A stretch of 46,076 bases of DNA from an uncultured Spartobacteria bacterium (GTDB taxonomy: Bacteria > Verrucomicrobiota > Verrucomicrobiia > Chthoniobacterales > UBA6821). Both the position numbers and the translations under genes were made by a program. This document shows, one piece after another, positions 40,404 to 46,076 of this stretch (position 1 is its first letter; each line of letters begins with the position of its first letter). The DNA is taken from NCBI GenBank assembly GCA_903823215.1, contig CAIJRY010000204.1:1-46076 (forward strand). The letters are read 5' to 3'. The notes below the pieces were generated by a model. It was not told where the DNA came from. It saw only the letters and a program-made list of their open reading frames with translations, and searched no databases.

Positions 40404-41042
40404 ATGGAAAACGAAAACGACGATTTCGCCAAGTCGCTGACGACAATTCTTTTGGCCACCCGCAACAGGCACAAGACCCGCGAGATTCAGACCATGCTCA
40501 GTGATGGGGTAAAGGTAGTTGATCTCACTCAATATAACCATCTTCCTGAAATCGAGGAAACGGGGGTGACCTTTGAAGAAAACTCCAAGCTCAAGGCCGA
40601 GGGGATTTCCCTCCATGTTCCCGGGATCGTCCTAGCCGATGACTCTGGTCTGGAAGTGGATGCAATAGGCAAAGAACCGGGTGTCTACTCTGCTCGCTAC
40701 GCCGCCTCAAGTTTTTCAGGTATCGGCAGTATTGATGTAGCCAATACAGCACTTGTTCTGAAAAAAATGGTCGATGTTCCCTATGAGCAACGCACGGCAC
40801 GATTCCGCTGCGTTCTGGCTGTCGCCGAGAGGGGGAAAACGCTTGCCGTCTTCGATGGAACCGTAGAGGGAATTCTGGCCACGGAAGTCAAAGGCTCAGG
40901 CGGCTTCGGTTATGACCCGATCTTCATGCCAATCGGTTATACCGAAACCTTTGGTGAACTTTCCGCAGAGATCAAACATACCATGAGCCACCGCAGCAGA
41001 GCACTGGCTCAGTTCAAGATATGGTGGATGAGGAGGAAATAG
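40404..41042 (+). CDS. rdgB: dITP/XTP pyrophosphatase (RdgB/HAM1)
   Basis: [42 protein letters not shown]. Exact start uncertain. Confidence 0.93.
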   Translation: MENENDDFAKSLTTILLATRNRHKTREIQTMLSDGVKVVDLTQYNHLPEIEETGVTFEENSKLKAEGISLHVPGIVLADDSGLEVDAIGKEPGVYSARYAASSFSGIGSIDVANTALVLKKMVDVPYEQRTARFRCVLAVAERGKTLAVFDGTVEGILATEVKGSGGFGYDPIFMPIGYTETFGELSAEIKHTMSHRSRALAQFKIWWMRRK

Positions 41043-41060
41043 AGGGGTGGCAGTGATAAT

Positions 41061-41088
41061 GCTGAGACTTGAAAGCTGAAATCTGAAA
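41061..41088. repeat. Heptamer tandem array
   Basis: GCTGAGA CTTGAAA GCTGAAA TCTGAAA; the first 21 nt match 20502-20522 at 20 of 21 positions. Confidence 0.8.
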
Positions 41089-41123
41089 AAGAAAAATTCT
41101 CACTCCTTCTAATCTGAAGACAC

Positions 41124-41423
41124 ATGAGCCTCAAAAAGTTCCTGTTGCTCTTTCTGATGATTGAGGGAATGAACTCTGCTTCAGCGCAATCCGCACATTT
41201 TCCGCCGTCTTATGGGCTTGTTGGAGGCCGAGGGATTTTTCCCTTTTTGCTCTATTTGGGTTTTCTGATTTTTCTCGGAGGATCATTTTATACGAAACAA
41301 ACCGAATTTTATGTTTGGACGGTAAGGAGAGGTGAAAGCCCTATCATCTACTGGCTCATCATGGGCATTTTTACCCTCCTTGCTGTTTGGTTTGGGTGGA
41401 TTTTCTGGAAAAATGCCACTTAG
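41124..41423 (+). CDS. Small hypothetical membrane protein
   Basis: 99 aa with a signal-like N terminus and two aromatic-rich TM segments; T-rich sequence. Confidence 0.55.
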   Translation: MSLKKFLLLFLMIEGMNSASAQSAHFPPSYGLVGGRGIFPFLLYLGFLIFLGGSFYTKQTEFYVWTVRRGESPIIYWLIMGIFTLLAVWFGWIFWKNAT

Positions 41424-41445
41424 AAAACCTTCAAGGGTAGTCCCT

Positions 41446-41546
41446 GGGCGCAGGGATTTTGGATGGAGTGCAAGGCGTGAGAGTGCAGCGGAACACCGCA
41501 AGCGAGCAACAACGCCGCTCTCCTTCAAAAGTTCAGGTCGCCCCTA
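41446..41546. repeat. About 100-bp palindromic element related to 37231-37396
   Basis: Nested arms GGGCG/CGCCC, TTTTGGA/TTCAAAA, GGAG/CTCC. Minus-strand core GCGGCGTTG...CCTTGC; it starts at the prfB TAG. Confidence 0.55.
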
Positions 41547-42690
41547 CAGATCGTCGTCTGCGTCGATGCTCCCCTTGGTCACTCCCCTGAGCTTCGCTTC
41601 AACGAAGGCATCGAGATCTCCATCCATGACTCCCTGCACATTGCCGGTCTGCACGCCGGTACGGTGATCCTTCACCATCTGGTAGGGTTGGAAGACATAG
41701 GAGCGAATTTGGCTTCCCCAAGCAATTTCACCCTTCTCGCTGTATTGGCGATCCAGTTCTGCTCGTTTGCGATCAACTTCCATCTGGTAGAGTTTCACCT
41801 TGAGCATCTTGAGGGCCATGACGCGGTTCTTGAGCTGACTGCGCTCGGCTTGGCACGCCACGACAAGTCCTGTCGGCTCATGGGTCATGCGAACCGCCGT
41901 TTCCACCTTGTTCACATTCTGTCCTCCCTTGCCGCCGGAGCGGTAGGTATCGACACGGATGTCCTTTTCATCAATCTCAACAGGTGCATCCTCAATGTCG
42001 GGATTGACATCAAGGCTGGCAAACGAGGTGTGGCGTCGTTTTGCGGAATCAAAAGGTGAGATACGCACGAGCCGATGAACTCCTCGCTCTGTTTGGAGAT
42101 AGCCGAAGGCATAGTCACCCTTGACTGCAAGTGTAACCGATTTAATTCCAGCCTCATCCCCCTCCTGAATATCAATAACGCTTGCCGTGAAGCCGCTGCG
42201 TTCGATCCAGCGCTTGTACATCCTCATGAGCATATCGGCCCAGTCACACGACTCGGTGCCGCCCGCTCCCGAATTGATCGTGATGAAGGCGTCGTTCTTG
42301 TCGAATTCGTTGGAGAGAAGCTGTCGAAGCTCGAATTTCTCGATTTCCGTCGTCAAGGTGTTGAACTCGGAGAGGACTTCACGCGATGCCTGTGCGCGGG
42401 AAGCGACATCGGATTCCTCTCCGGCCATTTCCTTGAGGATCTCCAGATCATTGACGCGCGATTCAAGTTGGGCGAGGGGGGTGAGCTTTGCTTTCAGAGC
42501 CGAGATGCGCTCCATATCTTTCTGCGCCGCCTCGCGATTGTCCCAGAAGCCCGGCAACGCCATCCGGGATTCAATGCTGCTCAGTTCTTCCGCTAATGTG
42601 GCTGAGTCAAAGAAACCTCCGCAGTGCCGCGAGACGGGCAGCGAGTGCGGAGGCATCCAGAGTGCTGAGATCGATTTGTTGTTCGGACAT
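41544..42690 (-). CDS. prfB: Peptide chain release factor 2, with programmed +1 frameshift
   Basis: ATG 42690 reads MSEQQ...LRRFL (27 codons) into CTT TGA C. The +1 frame continues DSATLAEE... with ISPFD (SPF) and GGKGGQ. Joined product 381 aa. Confidence 0.96.
42606..42620 (-). promoter_or_regulatory. prfB +1 ribosomal frameshift site
   Basis: GGAGG-TTT-CTT-TGA-C: internal SD-like sequence 3 nt before the slippery CUU UGA C. Confidence 0.95.
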
Positions 42691-42846
42691 GAGAAGGGAG
42701 TGGAGTCTATGCTGAGGCTATTAGGTTAGAGCCTAAAATTGATGGGGGTGATTAACGGGACAAGCCGCGATTTTTTGGTAATAGATCGATTCTCTAAATC
42801 GCCAATAGCCTTTCCATAATCTGCCCAAACGGATTTGCTGCTATGC

Positions 42847-43209
42847 TCAATGAGTGTGAGCATTACCGCTCAAACGGAAGATGGTTTCCCCTTCCTTCAT
42901 CATATCAAGACGATCCCGGGCGATGATTTCAAGATAGTCACGGTCTGTCTGGAGAAAGTGTACTTCCTGAGTGCGCTGCTGGGAAAGCTTCTGAAGCTCT
43001 TCCAATTGGGCCTTCTGTTTTGCCAGATGAAGCTTCATCTCATTGAGACGAAGCCACTCGGGATAAAAGGTGAATCCGGCTGTGATCAATGCTGAAAAGA
43101 CAATCAGCACCCAGACGACGCGCATCGCCGCAGGCAAAAAATATGACTGCGAACGCCTGTGTCTCCCCACTGCGGAGTGGGGAGTCTGTATGCTCAGACC
43201 TGATGTCAT
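42847..43209 (-). CDS. ftsB: Septum formation initiator family (FtsB/DivIC-like)
   Basis: Single TM, coiled coil, YLEIIARDRLDMMKEGETIF; lies after eno as in conserved eno-ftsB synteny. Confidence 0.75.
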   Translation of the reverse strand: MTSGLSIQTPHSAVGRHRRSQSYFLPAAMRVVWVLIVFSALITAGFTFYPEWLRLNEMKLHLAKQKAQLEELQKLSQQRTQEVHFLQTDRDYLEIIARDRLDMMKEGETIFRLSGNAHTH

Positions 43210-43219
43210 CGACGAGTAA

Positions 43220-46076
<2,857 letters not shown>

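Noticed and set aside
41544-42690. prfB as a frameshifted pseudogene or sequencing error
   Set aside because: The break is the canonical CTT TGA C programmed frameshift with an upstream SD-like sequence.

Overview
Gene-dense core chromosome segment of a GC-rich Gram-negative bacterium. Inference: PVC superphylum, probably Verrucomicrobiota, based on the N-terminally extended GreA, scarce Shine-Dalgarno sites and scattered operons. It carries glycolysis genes (gap-pgk-tpiA, eno) and translation/tRNA genes (cca, tsaC/sua5, trmL, leuS, rpmE-prfA-prmC, prfB with its programmed +1 frameshift, and a tRNA-Lys(UUU) lacking encoded CCA). Envelope genes include murA, murJ, an mlaEFDCA operon, an ftsB-like gene, a DsbD/ScsB-like protein, a secreted peroxiredoxin and a cytochrome b562-like protein. 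Biosynthesis genes include aroK, purE, bioD, proA, ilvD and ppk2. A large uncharacterised membrane protein (left edge) and the long GreA (right edge) are truncated. I saw no transposase, integrase, phage gene, CRISPR array or rRNA. The unexplained structure is mostly intergenic: (1) a dispersed family of 7-bp and about 9-bp tandem arrays with a consistent strand polarity, sometimes paired as inverted arms; (2) two related long palindromic elements that begin at TAG stop codons between convergent genes; (3) a mini-hairpin cluster before ppk2; (4) repeated -10-like boxes 6-7 nt before start codons, suggesting leaderless mRNAs, including for an orphan RelE-like gene. All calls come from reading motifs by eye; no database searches were run.
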